NCBI GenBank assembly: GCA_001643675.2
Contig: LSRY02000025.1
Coordinates: forward strand, 186,001 to 250,000
Length of the DNA: 64,000 bases
Source of the DNA: Monocercomonoides exilis PA203
Taxonomy: Eukaryota > Protista > Preaxostyla
Direction: 5' to 3'
In this document: piece after piece, positions 36,301 to 47,100 of the stretch
How positions within the stretch are numbered: the stretch's first letter is position 1
Layout of the letters: each line of letters starts with the position of its first letter
Notes under the pieces: model-generated
Seen by the model: the letters and a program-made list of their open reading frames with translations, nothing else
What the model was told of the DNA's origin: nothing
Databases searched by the model: none
Position numbers and translations under genes: made by a program

Positions 36301-37571
36301 CTTCTTCTTCTTCTTCTTCTTCTTCTTCTTCTTCTTCTTCTTCTTCACTTTCTTCTTCTTCCTCAAAGCCAAATAGAGAAGCATGGTTTGTTGAAGAGCA
36401 AGTGTGTTCCTGGAACGGATCGATGGTTTGTGTAGCATCAAGTTACGGGAAAATGCAGAACACGACGTATTCGAACTCAGGTTATGGAGCGCTTTCTGTG
36501 CGGGAGAGTGACATTGAGATTGAAGAGATGACGTTTGCGATGAACAAACCAGCAGAATTTGGAGGAGAAACGACGGCGAGAAGGAATTTGGCGTGCTATT
36601 CATCGAAAATCCGACTGGGAAGCACAGCGGAGTGGGAGGAAGAGGAGGGAGAGGGGGAAGAGGAGTGGGGAGAAGAAGAGAAAGTGATGGGGTCGATGTG
36701 GTTTTGGGAAGAGAACTGCACAACAATGGCGGAGGAGGAGGTTGGGGTGTGCAATCTGTTCCAGCCATTCCTGGAAAAAGTGTTTGCAGAAGAGAAAGAA
36801 GAGGAGATGAAGCTGCGGTTTGAGGGGAAAGATTTCTTCCCGTGTGGACTGGGGTTTGTTGTCGGGGTGAAGAAGGTAGGGAGCGTGCGGAAGGAGAAAG
36901 AATATGAGCTGGATGCGATTGAGAGCGAGAGGAATGCTGCTGGCTCGTTCAGCTTGAGCATTCTGGAGTATTCAGAGCTGCCTGGCAAAGTGGAGGTGCA
37001 GCTGGCGGGTGTGAGGGGAAGCAGCGGAGGAGGAGGGGTAGAAAGAAGCAGTAGGATTGGAAGGACAAAGTGGGTGGAGATAAAGATAAGCAGCAGTAAC
37101 GACTCAACAGGAGAAGGAGGAGAAGGAGAAGGAGGGGGAAAGGAAGGGCAAGATCCAGAGGGAGAAGAGGCAGAAGCGAGGAAAAAAGCAGCAAATACGG
37201 TGATTACAGTTTGCTTTGCGTTTGCTGGCTTGTTTTTGGTTGTTTCTGTGGTGACGATGGTGTGTGTTGGGGTGGCGGTGAAGCAGACGAGGAGGATGGA
37301 AGAAGAGCTGGAGATGCAGAAGAGTGCGAAGAGGCAGAAGAGGCAGAAGCGGAAGAGAGGAAAAGGAGAAGGAAGGAAAGGCAAGGAAAGTGAGCTCCAG
37401 AAGGAAATAGAGGAAGTGCTGAAATTCGAAGAACTGATGAACGAAGAGTCGTTCTATTCCACTTCAATCACCACAACATCAACACTTTCTCTTTCGTCTT
37501 CGACTTCTACCCCTTCTTCTCCTTCTTCCCCTTCTTTTCCTTCTTCGCCTTCATCCCCACATTCTCCTTGA
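30357..37571 (+). CDS. Giant (~2,400 aa) type-I membrane surface protein with GGA/GGG-FxxC beta-helix-like repeats and CG..PC modules
   Basis: Single long ORF; signal-like FFYLFWKVLWVLLHLVCCGLLEVNA; repeated GGA(V/L)F/Y and F..N.A..G.D motifs; CG....PC modules; poly-Ser; C-terminal TM (VITVCFAFAGLFLVVSVVTMVCVGVAV) and short basic tail. Confidence 0.88.
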   Translation: MKNDKKFFYLFWKVLWVLLHLVCCGLLEVNAKEQAVSEDAIIRAKIAACIYLKNSSILLWDLTIQHNGIKPTINAQGKGNLELRCCEISDQEPFEGSFAKTDGDARFLNISLKQKYMPLGLQFVLTQFFGGEGKAEVSGCMFEGLSQQLNLPFLFAGQLASEHVSRTRFSNITTKGMHNGRGAWIVKAAEQWTNADKILSFEVSDSVFENFYSGDCWIGNCAWKVEDFLEWRNCSITGVTVETNSKTREYCACCERKRSCLKGRFWAVSFSDTSVARMGSGALMWSRVRGSNVGILDCEFARCKSRDCGACIYAVNATFMELSNTSFANVTVERPFEGTGGAVFVAGGECSVRVSKCMFFGCKSWRSTRGGAAGFMVSAGEARLVECQFLRCEERTTRSCREGYEEGKGLLGACGGGGGGGVFFGGFGEALEIGIWGCFFENCTSSLSGGALYFGKEDKRVGHVTVGSTRFAGCRSLTQQGDDIFWSGGSERNLKVVSCVSVTMEGRSRGVDVQEQFLESRAGLTNRTAFVSSEGSDSAGCGGSEESTCQTISYVLTTLIATTNLDRVILVGEMQEVQRSKISVRQEMKIEGRGGMEDGKSMQPIYLANIASQKGYEVVNCSLNVENVAFRIYNLEGDLFCVEGAMGKLFLGNVTMPHLAELNLQRYVFVRFEGNVLEMDRCVVNLGGKENGPVIIGTALPSPLLSRSVTMRNVMFSNVSCSEAQRSLLTTPKCTSLTLNNCSFNNVSSKNCSTGGALRVEINGSDSVRIVNTNFSSCSAHHSTDTTKGGGMYLLLTVSGDVEITNPTFASNNAAVGKDVFVSCPDLEDVLIDNIFGFAVNIALNDRNNSLFGVDSSSYTSNTDLYGLLPPFVEVHVVVDNGYVPPGVNELLCGSTARPCLSVEYAFDHVEWSFPEGSAGVGKMILGQCGGNSTDKVLEVTGRKISIESFSTSECIAFQSSVVEPGIVVSNSSLEVKNCGIVIYEGISNVVEINTESEVMFGNVQVMMTSSGLTCNSVFFVKGGEVNLNGVKLISIKARASVVFVSEDIDGEGFKVSTMEVTFGTCSSTTQAGGMFVSGGCVGEVSLNNSTFSLISCASGTKGGGMFANVAGGTAMKMENCTFRNNKLQGADTFGGGLYMEIEDDSDWAVDGPSFAGNQAMFGAQMFLECETLRRSVNESSIQFVVDNNATLQPSDMMGRDAADYPEPTDLRELLKPIVEHCCMAYVLWSSGRDTDSCGDVATPCRTLPFSTKMLLPSCGTANVVIAGPSVLDSTAELKDSSLGSVSGERFELSVRKSDSLFEGDSAIGLEGDCGVERVSFRLSVSISLTTQNLLFLTSGALTVENCTFGLESPGSVNYNVISVAIGSFRMENCEVSGMELMLTFVALYAGATSASVNSCNFTHISTDNNAVLLFSSGSGGSGGTFTSANEGFYSDYCLNSEATLKLNRFGGNAADRPLLINDSTFENITQQSTSSAAVYVGDNKYSSIGIELCNFTDCSALSSTCGGALYATVNNAALETMRMTEIRMCNCFTSESAGKGGGMNFAFTTYSGLSTTGNTEIEFPRFYFDGNKALYGKDMFVTCDLADENKTYIYIILSEQYDYNDTNWCAYETSAGFYEGEFKPLLVFGVSKAMVDASGADTKACGKESSPCSSLKQALSRLKPAEDEPPTGDGQLYKPELTVDVVSEVNLSESVRMVSTKADGVSVGRGGIMFAEGVGVGAEWIRCSVAAEFSKLQLSYEAGADLGDKVCIVFEGRTAKSCVTLRECLVIGGGLEGRGGGGGGMGMGTGLGGALVQVLSGALVVERCTFEGLEAKGTLLECDGASKISMKGSTFESLSVGERILWSKAEDACVEVEECRIFNVSALRSEGSSGIYSGAGFSANIRAKTRASASLVPLVAEVDGGGNVSFNSVVCSECDVEEGEGTYVVLDSSHFIIENCEFCEKGSSSSTTSSSFISSSSSSSSSSSSSSSSSSSSSSSSSSSSSSSSSSSSSSSLSSSSSKPNREAWFVEEQVCSWNGSMVCVASSYGKMQNTTYSNSGYGALSVRESDIEIEEMTFAMNKPAEFGGETTARRNLACYSSKIRLGSTAEWEEEEGEGEEEWGEEEKVMGSMWFWEENCTTMAEEEVGVCNLFQPFLEKVFAEEKEEEMKLRFEGKDFFPCGLGFVVGVKKVGSVRKEKEYELDAIESERNAAGSFSLSILEYSELPGKVEVQLAGVRGSSGGGGVERSSRIGRTKWVEIKISSSNDSTGEGGEGEGGGKEGQDPEGEEAEARKKAANTVITVCFAFAGLFLVVSVVTMVCVGVAVKQTRRMEEELEMQKSAKRQKRQKRKRGKGEGRKGKESELQKEIEEVLKFEELMNEESFYSTSITTTSTLSLSSSTSTPSSPSSPSFPSSPSSPHSP
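36231..36346 (+). repeat. (TCT)n coding microsatellite (poly-Ser)
   Basis: Pure TCT run in frame within the 30357-37571 CDS. Confidence 0.95.
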
Positions 37572-38068
37572 ACTTAATTATTTCAATGGGCTTCATCTTT
37601 TCCATCATCATCAAATTGCTTGATTCATTTGCCATGAAGAGGGACTTCGCTTAAATGCACTGAAAATATGCATTGTTGCAATGCTCAATACAAACCTGCT
37701 CAAGAATTACAATCTTTGCTTATTTATTTATTTATTTTAATTTTCGTTGATTTGGAATTGCTTTAGATGTTCATTTTAAAAACTGAAATGCTGCTGCAGC
37801 AGGTTTGCTTAAGCAATTTGTTTTCTGAGAGAGTGCCAAGGTTGTTGTTCAGTTGGATTGTTCCTTTCTTTGAGAGTTCCGTGGAATTGCCATTGCTTTT
37901 TTTTTTTTAATTGAATGGCAAACAGAAAATTTTGTATTTTAACGTTTTTTTTTTATTTATGCAGTGCATTCAATTGTGTTTTGCTTTTTTCACAATATGT
38001 ATGTTTCCATTTCATGATTATCTTCTATATGTAATGTGATTATCAAATAGATTTTTATATTTATATTA

Positions 38069-40985
38069 GATGAATTGTGAAATAAAAAAATATTTCGAAA
38101 TAAAAATTTATTTCAAGTTTTATATGGGTTATTTTGAGATAATTCACTTATTTTAAAATAACCAAGTTATTTTCAGTAAGACTGACTTATTTTGAGTTTT
38201 CAGAACCACAATGATTTTTATTGAAGAAATATTTTTATTGAAAGAAAATTTTCACACATTCAAATTTCAATGTCACATTTATGAATAAGCACCATATTTG
38301 TAAAAGCAATGGGTGAAATTAATTTAATCAATTTGAAAAATCTTAATACAACAAAAATTTGAATCATTTAATTAGTACATCTTCAATATTTGTAATGATG
38401 AATAAATGACTGTTTGTTATGATCCAAAGCAAAAATCGAACAGAAAACTGTGAAATTCCTCGAAAAAAACAGATTTTTTGTTTTGTTTTTTCACCCATTA
38501 AATCTACGAAATGATCCAATGAAATCAACAGTTCAATTTTTCAATTCATAAGGCTCAAAGCGATTCTTTATAGCAATGGCTGTTAATGAAGCAAATAACA
38601 AATATATTTTCTTTGGAGTAAATTACGTTGCAATTCATATTTGAATCATCTCAGAAATGATTTAATGTTGATTTTCGATCGCTGCACAGATTTACATTGC
38701 AACAATTATTCACAGGTAAATGCAAAGTTTATTGTTTGTTAATACATATCTTTTTTTCCTTATGTCTGTTTTCGGAATTTGTTTTTCAAATTAAATAGGA
38801 AATGCTTTTTTTCCGATTTTAACTCAGAGCGTGAGTAAAAACAAAAAATAACAAAGTGGAATATACACGTGTATTTGCATGCTCATTGACTTCAAACTTA
38901 CTTACAAATAATTATTGTGGAGGAATGCATTGTCACACTGTTCCAGCTGCGTTCAAAATGGATAGCATTCAGTTTATTTCTTGCTCTGCAACTGCATTTG
39001 GAGGAGGATTGAGATTGTATCTATACGGACAAGCATCACAAAATGAAATAATTTATTGTTATTTCCTGTTTTTCCATGAATACAAATGTTCGGCCAATCC
39101 TCCATTCGGCCATGATATTGCATATGCAGATTATCACAAAATAATTTGGATTCTGGAAATCCGTTCAGCGAGTGCTATACGACAAACGTTGATGATAGGA
39201 GAGTTTGCTTTTCTTATAATTACTCAGCAGCAAATGTTTGGTCTCGTCAGCACACAGAAAAGAAGGATTGGTTGAAAGATAAAACGTTATATGTTTCGGT
39301 GAATGGAAATGATAATTTTGAGTTGTGTGGGGCAAATGAATCAAATCCGTGCAAAACAGTAAAGAAGGCATTTGAGATGTGTGAGGTGCAGATAAGCTTG
39401 GCAATCACATTAATGAATGGGAATCACACAAGTGAGACAACAACGATTGATATCGGATCAAAGAAGATTTCAGTTATTGGGAAAGACAAAGATAAGAGTT
39501 CGATTGGAACAGGTGCACTTTCATCAACTGGAGCGCTGTTCAGTGTGTCAACAGGAAACCTTGGTTTATTGCACATGAAGATTGATTGTAGCACATTAAC
39601 AAGTCCTTCTCCGAGTGTGGCTGTGGTAACTGATGGAGATGGGTCACTCTCATTGGGAGATGTTGTGATCACCACGAGTGTTTCTTCAGGAAACTATGTG
39701 ATGTCGTCGTCAGTGTTTGTGGTGGTGCTGTCGCAGCTGTCGATGGTTGGTGTGGAGATCAAAGATATGAATGTTGCAAAACAATTGTTTTTTTGACCAG
39801 GATCAATCTCCTTCTTCTTCTTCTTCTTCTTCTTCTTCATTGTCGTCATTGTCGTCATCTGCACTGTATCTGACAGCCACAGCATCAGGAGACAGCGTGC
39901 TGGCGAATGTGAAAGTGATGAATGTGAAGTTTACGAGCGGAGATGGGGTGGTTGCAGCAAAGGCAGTGGAAGCAGGAAAGTCATTTTCCATACGGAGCAC
40001 AAGAGCAAAGGAGGGGCAGAATTTATGTGCATTGGAAAACGGCGATTCTGCTATAAATTTTTGTCTTATTAATTTTTGATGTTATTTGATTTGAATGGAG
40101 AAATAAATAGACAACAAAAAAAACTTTTTTTTCTGTTTTGAAGAAACTCAATTAATCAACTAAAAACTGTAAAAGTCTCAACTGATAAACTCGAAAATTT
40201 TTTGTTTTAGCATGGAGCAGATAAATTTTGTTTAATTTTTTTATAAAATTTAACAGAAAAAAGATATCTGATGGTACAACATCAATAATAAAAAATATGA
40301 CTTCATTGTGAAATTTATTAATGATCTTCAACAATTCTTTTTTATATAGAATAACATATCATAATGAAATCAATTTTACTTTAAATTTTATTAACACGGT
40401 GTATATAAGTAAAATATTTGAAAGAAGAAATGTCAAAAATACTCTCATAAAATAAGCAATCATGAAATGAAAAGTTTATTAATAAAGCACAACGATGTTT
40501 TAATATTAATCGCATATCAAAATTTATGTAGTTATTCAAAGGACTGATGTTGAAATAAAGAATATTAAAAAGAAGGCAAATTCTCTCCAATAAACGAGTT
40601 AACAGTTTTTAATTTCATGGCCTCGAATGAAACTACAAAAAACAAAATTTTTACCTCATGCATGTTTCTTTTGATGAGCTTCAAAACGACAGAAATGACT
40701 AAATAATAAAAAAATAATTTGTTATGGTGATACTGAAGATCGATAATTGTGTTTTTGTGTTAGAATACAGACAACAATGAAATAAAACAAACAAAAAAGA
40801 GAATATCAATTAATTGCAACAAGACAGAAAAAATAATAAAACTTCATTTGTCTATACTCAATAAGACTGACTTTTTTTCAAAAGAATTAGTAAAACTCAA
40901 AAAACCATTGAAAAACTCGAAATAAGTGGGTTATTTCAAAATAACTTGATCATTTCAAAATTTTCCAAATATTTCACATTTCATC
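38069..40985. mobile_element. Putative non-autonomous TIR element (~2.9 kb) carrying a host gene fragment (Pack-type)
   Basis: 16-bp TIRs GATGAA(T/A)TGTGAAATA (38069-38084; 40970-40985; 1 mismatch). Both ends are flanked by TATTA. Inverted subterminal arrays of ~19-bp TTATTTTGAAATAA-like units (~6 left, 3 right), both closing with TTATTTYGAGTTTT(T)CA. Confidence 0.7.
38856..40030 (+). pseudogene. Internal fragment of a GGG/CG..PC surface-protein family gene with two frameshifts
   Basis: Overlapping ORFs 38856..39275, 39146..39796 and 39771..40079 form one coding stretch (FGGGLRL, LYVSVNGNDNFELCGANESNPCKTV, poly-Ser); no signal peptide or TM; embedded in AT-rich DNA. Confidence 0.8.
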
Positions 40986-41171
40986 TATTATTGAACAATT
41001 CATATTTTTATTTTATTGTTTATCTTATAAATAAAAGGTTTGCAATTTGTAGAATTGAAAATAAATTCAACAGTGTTTTTTTGTATTTTCATTGAGAGGA
41101 TAATTTGTGTTTAATTATTTTTTAAAAATTCATTTATTCATAATGATTTATTTCTTCAAAAGAATTGATTC

Positions 41172-44100
41172 ATGATCACAAATACCAATACAAATGCTTT
41201 AATATTAATATTTATGTTATTTTTTTCTATAGGCAAGATTATTTTGATTTTATTGTTTTTCACCTGTACAAACTCATGCATACAGCAACTAAAAACTTAT
41301 TTACGGAGTACTAAAAGTCTCAATGGAGCAAACAACGATTATTGGATTGATTGGCCTGTTGTACCAAATACTGGCTCTAAAGTTAGCGCTGAGAACAGAT
41401 CATTTGAAAATGTCAAAGGGAAAAGGATTTTAATCGAAGTTAGGGATCAACAACATTCATTTACGATTACTAATTGTTCATGGACAAATATAAATCACAA
41501 CGGTAAATTTATTTTTGGACAAAATGGAAATATTACTATAAAAGATTGCAAATTCAATAAAATTACTATGAATTCTGATAATCCTCTTATTGAAGTGATA
41601 GGTATTCGCAAAGTTATCATTGAAAACACTTTATTTACTGAAACATCAAGACAGTCAGATGGCTCAGTTATAATCTTTGACATTGGACTCACTGGCTCTA
41701 CACTTGATATTACTAAATGCAATTTCACGAATTGCAAATCAACAACAGGCAGTGGAGGTGCAATTGCAGGCATTGTTGGCGAAGGAAAATTAACTATAAC
41801 TGGTTGTCGGTTTTCCGAATGCACCTCAAATAAAGAAGGAGGAGCTATTTATTTCAAGACACGCAATTTATTTGAAAACCAATTTATATTGAAATGTTTG
41901 ACATTTGACAGCTGCTCAACGAATTCTGATGAAGGAGGGCACTGCTTATATATAACAAACTGGAACAGAACCAAATATCCAATCTCAGTCCAAAATTTTG
42001 CTTCTTTGAAAGGAGTTACAGACGATCCAAAAAGCATTTTGATTACAGATGAAAATGATGCTGTTGACAATTCATTCTCTGTTTCGAAGATCCCTTCGTC
42101 AAAAGAATGCATAGTTGCTGTTTATGTTGATGCTTCAGGAGACGATACAGATGATGGCTCAGAAGAAAATCCAAAGAAAACTTTAAATGGAGCAGTTTCA
42201 GCTTTGAGCGAGGATGACATTGTGTTTGTGATTCATTCAGTTGAATTGACTGAAGAATGGAAGATCTGCGGGAGAAAAGCAGAGATCTGCCCGTCTGAAA
42301 CGAATACTCAAACATGTGTGAAGATATCTGGAACAGGTTCGCTTGCAAACGATGAGGGAGCAGAAGCAAATAAGATGCTGATATTTTCAAACTTGATATT
42401 TAAATGGGAAGCCAGCGTAACTGCAACGTCTTCTTTTGCTTCGATTTCATTGGGATCACTTTCATTTGAATCATGCAATTTCATCTTTGAAACTGCAGCA
42501 TCTTCGACGACTTATTCTGAAGCCATGTTTTCTCTTCTCGACAAAGGCGAAGGAAAAAATGGAGGAAAGCTTTTATTTAACAAAGTTTCTATAGCAGGAT
42601 TAGAGTGGAGCTCAAATACTTTCATCAAAACAACAACAGGACAACTTGCACTGACAAACGTTGAGTTCGATTTTACAGAGAAAATTCTCCAAAAATCGTC
42701 TTTCATTTGCTGTGAAAGTGGAACGCAGATTTTTTCAATGAAAAATTGTAAGTTTGAAGATGTGTCAATTCAAATAGGAAGCGGCGCAATGAAAAATTCA
42801 ATGACTTCACCATCATCTTCTTCGTCTTTGAAAGCTGGCACAGAAGTTTCAAACGATGCATCGAATTCTCCTTTTATTGCAATCAATGCAGCTAACTCTG
42901 TTTCCATCGAAGGCTGCACATTTTCATCCATTTCTTCTTCCTCTTCTTTGAGTGGAGGAGCACTTTCTATCACAATTCCTTCTTCTTCATCTTCTCCTTC
43001 TCATTTTTTGACAATTCACAACTCCACTTTCTCTTCTTGCGAAGCATCAGAAGCAAATGGCAGAGGAGGTGCTGTCTATTTGTCGCTTACAGGCTCTTCA
43101 GAAATCGGTGCAAATGCTATCAAATTTACTCAACTGATTTTCTCAGATAACAAAGCAGCAAAGGGAACAGATGTTTATGTTCTATATGCTCAATTGAAGA
43201 CTTGCATATCTGGTTGGGATTGGAGTCAGACAACAAAATCTGAAATGTCGCTGAATGCATTGTATGGCAGCGAAACCTCTTCTCCTTCTTCTCCTTCTGG
43301 AACAAGCAATGAATTTTCTCTGTATTCGTTTTTCTTTCCACTCACTGGCAATTCTGTGTTTGTTGATTCATCACATGGTGTCAATGAAGATGAAGACGAT
43401 GCGTGTGGTTATTCTCAATGGCCTTGCTCAACTCTTCTGAATGCAATGAATCGCCTCAGCGAAAATGTTAATATTGTCAAAATTGTTTCTAAACTTTCTG
43501 TGAATGCAGTTGTTGATTTGAGCGAAAAATCATTTTCCTTCCAATCTTCTTCTTCTTCTTCTTCAAAATCTTCTGTTGGCATAGCTATTAACTCTGGATT
43601 TACATGCAACACTGCATCTGATTCTGATTCTGTCGCATTTAACAACCTGATTTTTAATCTTCCAAGTGAAGGAACACCATCTGCTGTGAAAGCATTGCTT
43701 ACTCAGTCAACAGGGCAGATAACTGTTTCCAGCTGCGATTTTGGTGTGGCAAATGCTCAAACAAAGAAGAACTGTGTTGTCAATCTTGCTGTTTTGACAG
43801 GAGGGACATTTACTCTGCAACAGACAAACATTCAAAGAATGTCTTTTTCTTCAGCACAAGAAGGAGGTGTTATTCAAGCTTCATCAAATGCTGAGCTGAG
43901 TGTTATTGGATCTACATTTTCTTCAATTGTTTTGGGAAGTGATGTGCTTATAAACTCAAATGAATGCAATTCATTGTCAATTGAAGGATCAACTTTCAAT
44001 GATATTTCATCTTCTTCATCAACAAGCTCAACAGGAACAGTGGGATTTGTGAAAATGACACAAGGAAATGCTTTCTCTGTGAAAAGTTCATCATTTACGA

Positions 44101-47100
44101 AGTGCAGCGGATCTTCAGGCACAGCCTCTGCTTCTCTGTATCTCCAATTAGATGACTCAATCGATCCATCTACTTCAGCTGACAATCCGTTGCACATTGA
44201 AAAGTTGACATTCACGAAAACCACTGGACAAACAGGAAATAAAGAGACTCTTGTCTTTGTCGATGCAAACAACTTGAAAAGTGCTGTTTCTTCTTCATCA
44301 TTCGTTTTTGATACTCTGCCAACAGATTTGAATGCAATGATGGGCAGAGAACGCTCGACAACCAATGAGAACTTGGATATACCGCTGCTTGTCTATTTGT
44401 GGAGCAATTTCACTTCCACAGGATTTGTGGGCAATGAAAATGGAGGAGATTTCAGTGGCTGTGGGTTTTCTGAAGCACCTTGCAAGACAATCAATCATAT
44501 TCTCAAGTTGAGATTCAATACATTTACAGCAGATAATTCTGTTTTGAAGGTCAAAGCATCGTCTTCTGTTGAAAAGCCATTGCTTCTGAGTTCTTCAAAT
44601 AAGAAGTTGAGTCTTGAAAGCTCAGAAGATGAGAGCACTGTGAGTGTAACAGACACAGATGCCAGCAACACCCAGCAATGCTTTTTTTCTGTTGGAATGG
44701 ACTTTTCAATAAGCAAAATCACTTTGTCAATTCCTGAGAATTTGAACAACTCAAGATCATCTCTGCTCACTTGCTCAGCTCAAACGCTGTCTTTTCAGAA
44801 TAGCAAAATCGCAATGGCACAATCTGTCACTAATATTAATTATGATGTTATTGTGGTTGAAGGAGCAGGATGTCTGAATGTGGATAATCTTTCAATGAAT
44901 AATGTTTATTCAGCTAGTGGAAAGCATTTCATTGTATATCGGACAACAGATGAATCAGTTGCTTCTGGAGTCATTTCTTTTCTAACAGGAAGTTTCACTA
45001 CAAATCAAGGGGCAAGCGAAATAATTTTGATTGAAGGCAAAACAAAGTGCGAGATTAAAAATGCCACTTTGTCTCATGAAAGTTATAGCGAATGCTCAGT
45101 CATCAAAGTCACAAGCAGCAAGAGTCTAACAATTAATAACAACACTTTCAAGCAATGCAGAGCGATTTCAGCAAATGGAGGCGCAATCTTAATTGAAGAA
45201 TCAAAAGCAACTGACTTTTCCTCCGAAATCACCGTCAACAACTGCGTGTTTGAGGAATGTGAAACGTTTGTCTCAAACGGAAAGGGAGGAGCCATTTACG
45301 CTCGACCAGTTGCAAGCACAAAATTGATAATTAGTTCATGCTCTTTCAAGTCATGCAAAGCTCCAGCTGAACCCACAGTAACAGGCTATGGAGGAGGTAT
45401 TTATCTCGATTTGGCAGCTAATTCCAACAATTTTGTCATCAGTTCTCCAACTTTTGGTGAAGGTGATAAAGCCAACGCTGCTTCGTTTGGAAAAGATTTG
45501 CTTGCAAGTTCTGCCTCGCTCAAAGACAGCATCACAGAGCAAACTCTTCCATTTGCCAAGCAGATTTCAATAGAAAACGTTGATTCGATGAAAGGATTTG
45601 ATGGAAACGATAAAGACAACGCGATTCCGCTTGTTTATTTCTTCCATTCTTATGGTGATGTTCCATATGTGGGAGAAGGGGGTGTGGATGTTGTTGTGTG
45701 TGGATTTTCCACATATCCGTGCAAAACTGTTCAAAAAGCACTGGGAAAGATAGAAAGCGCTGAAAAAAAGCAAGTGTTTGTTATGGAAGGAGCGAAAATT
45801 GATGGAGAATTGGCCATTGAAGATATTGAGCATTTGTTCATTGGAAATGAAGTTAACCAACAGGCCGAGCCAGTTCCAACAAAGCAAAATCTGATTATTG
45901 TGAATGGCGGAACAAACGCAAATGGACTTATAAATGTGAAAGTTAAATGCACATTTGAGTATGTTTCATTGAACATACCTGCCTCTTTTGGATATCATGC
46001 TTCATTAATTGAGCTTTCAGTACCTGTTTCTAATCTCGTTCTGAACAACGACGACTTTGTTTTTTCAGGCGAATGCAATACACTCATCATAAACGCACTC
46101 CAAGGATCAGTGAGCATCATAAACTGTGAGTTGATCAATCAGGCTTTAACTTCAACAATTCTTGCAATATCTTCATCTGCTGTGTCTGGAACGATCTATA
46201 ACTTCCAAGTTGATCTCAACACAGTTTTAAATTCTCCACTTATTGTTTTTTCACCTGCTCCTTCTCCTTCTCCTTCTGCTTCTGCTTCAAATGCGCAATT
46301 TTCAGTTGAGAATAATCGTCGTACAAACAACCAATGCATTGTCAGCATCACAAACAGCAACTTTACGAATATTGGACTCAGTCAAAATGCGGGCGGATGT
46401 GTTATTTCTCCGAAGCCTCAAGCAAACTTCAAAGCAATTAACTGTATGATTAATGGAACACAATTTAACATCTGTACCTCGTCTTCAAACACAGGTGGAG
46501 CGATTCTGTTTAATCATCCAGCACCAGATGGCTCTTTGAGGATCGAAGAATGCTCGTTCACACAGTGCAGCACCTCTTCAGAAAATGGAAGAGGAGGTGG
46601 ATTGTATCTTGATTGTGTTCCGAATAAACCTCCTTCTCAGACGGAGTCACCTAAATTGAATTTTTATATGAGAGCAGTTAATTTCTCAATGAATAATGCA
46701 AAAGAAGGAAAGGATTTCTTTATCTTTTGCAACAATATTAACGAACAAGTTACGAATGCACTGTTTAGTTTGGATTATTCGCAGTCTTCATTTAGCGATG
46801 ACAAAGCATTTCGCGGTTCAGATGCAACCGAAACAGACGTTAATCTTCTTTCTTTGATACGTTTTTACCGTTCAGAGCAGATCTTTGTGACCTCCTCAGA
46901 CTCATTGGACAACAACACATGCGGGTCAGTTAAATCGCCCTGCGAGACAGTTTCTGAGGGAGTTAAGCATGTTGACGAGGGATATGCGCGCTTTCTGTGG
47001 ATTTTGGATGAGGCAGACATGGGAGGAGAAGCAGTGACGGATGATTTGACAGTCAGATCGCGCTTGAAGGAAAATTGCAAGATAATTCTGAGCAAAGAAT

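Noticed and set aside
38090-38202. ~19-bp periodic repeats as a CRISPR-like array
   Set aside because: Units are contiguous and degenerate with no unique spacers, no cas genes, eukaryotic context; better explained as subterminal transposon repeats.
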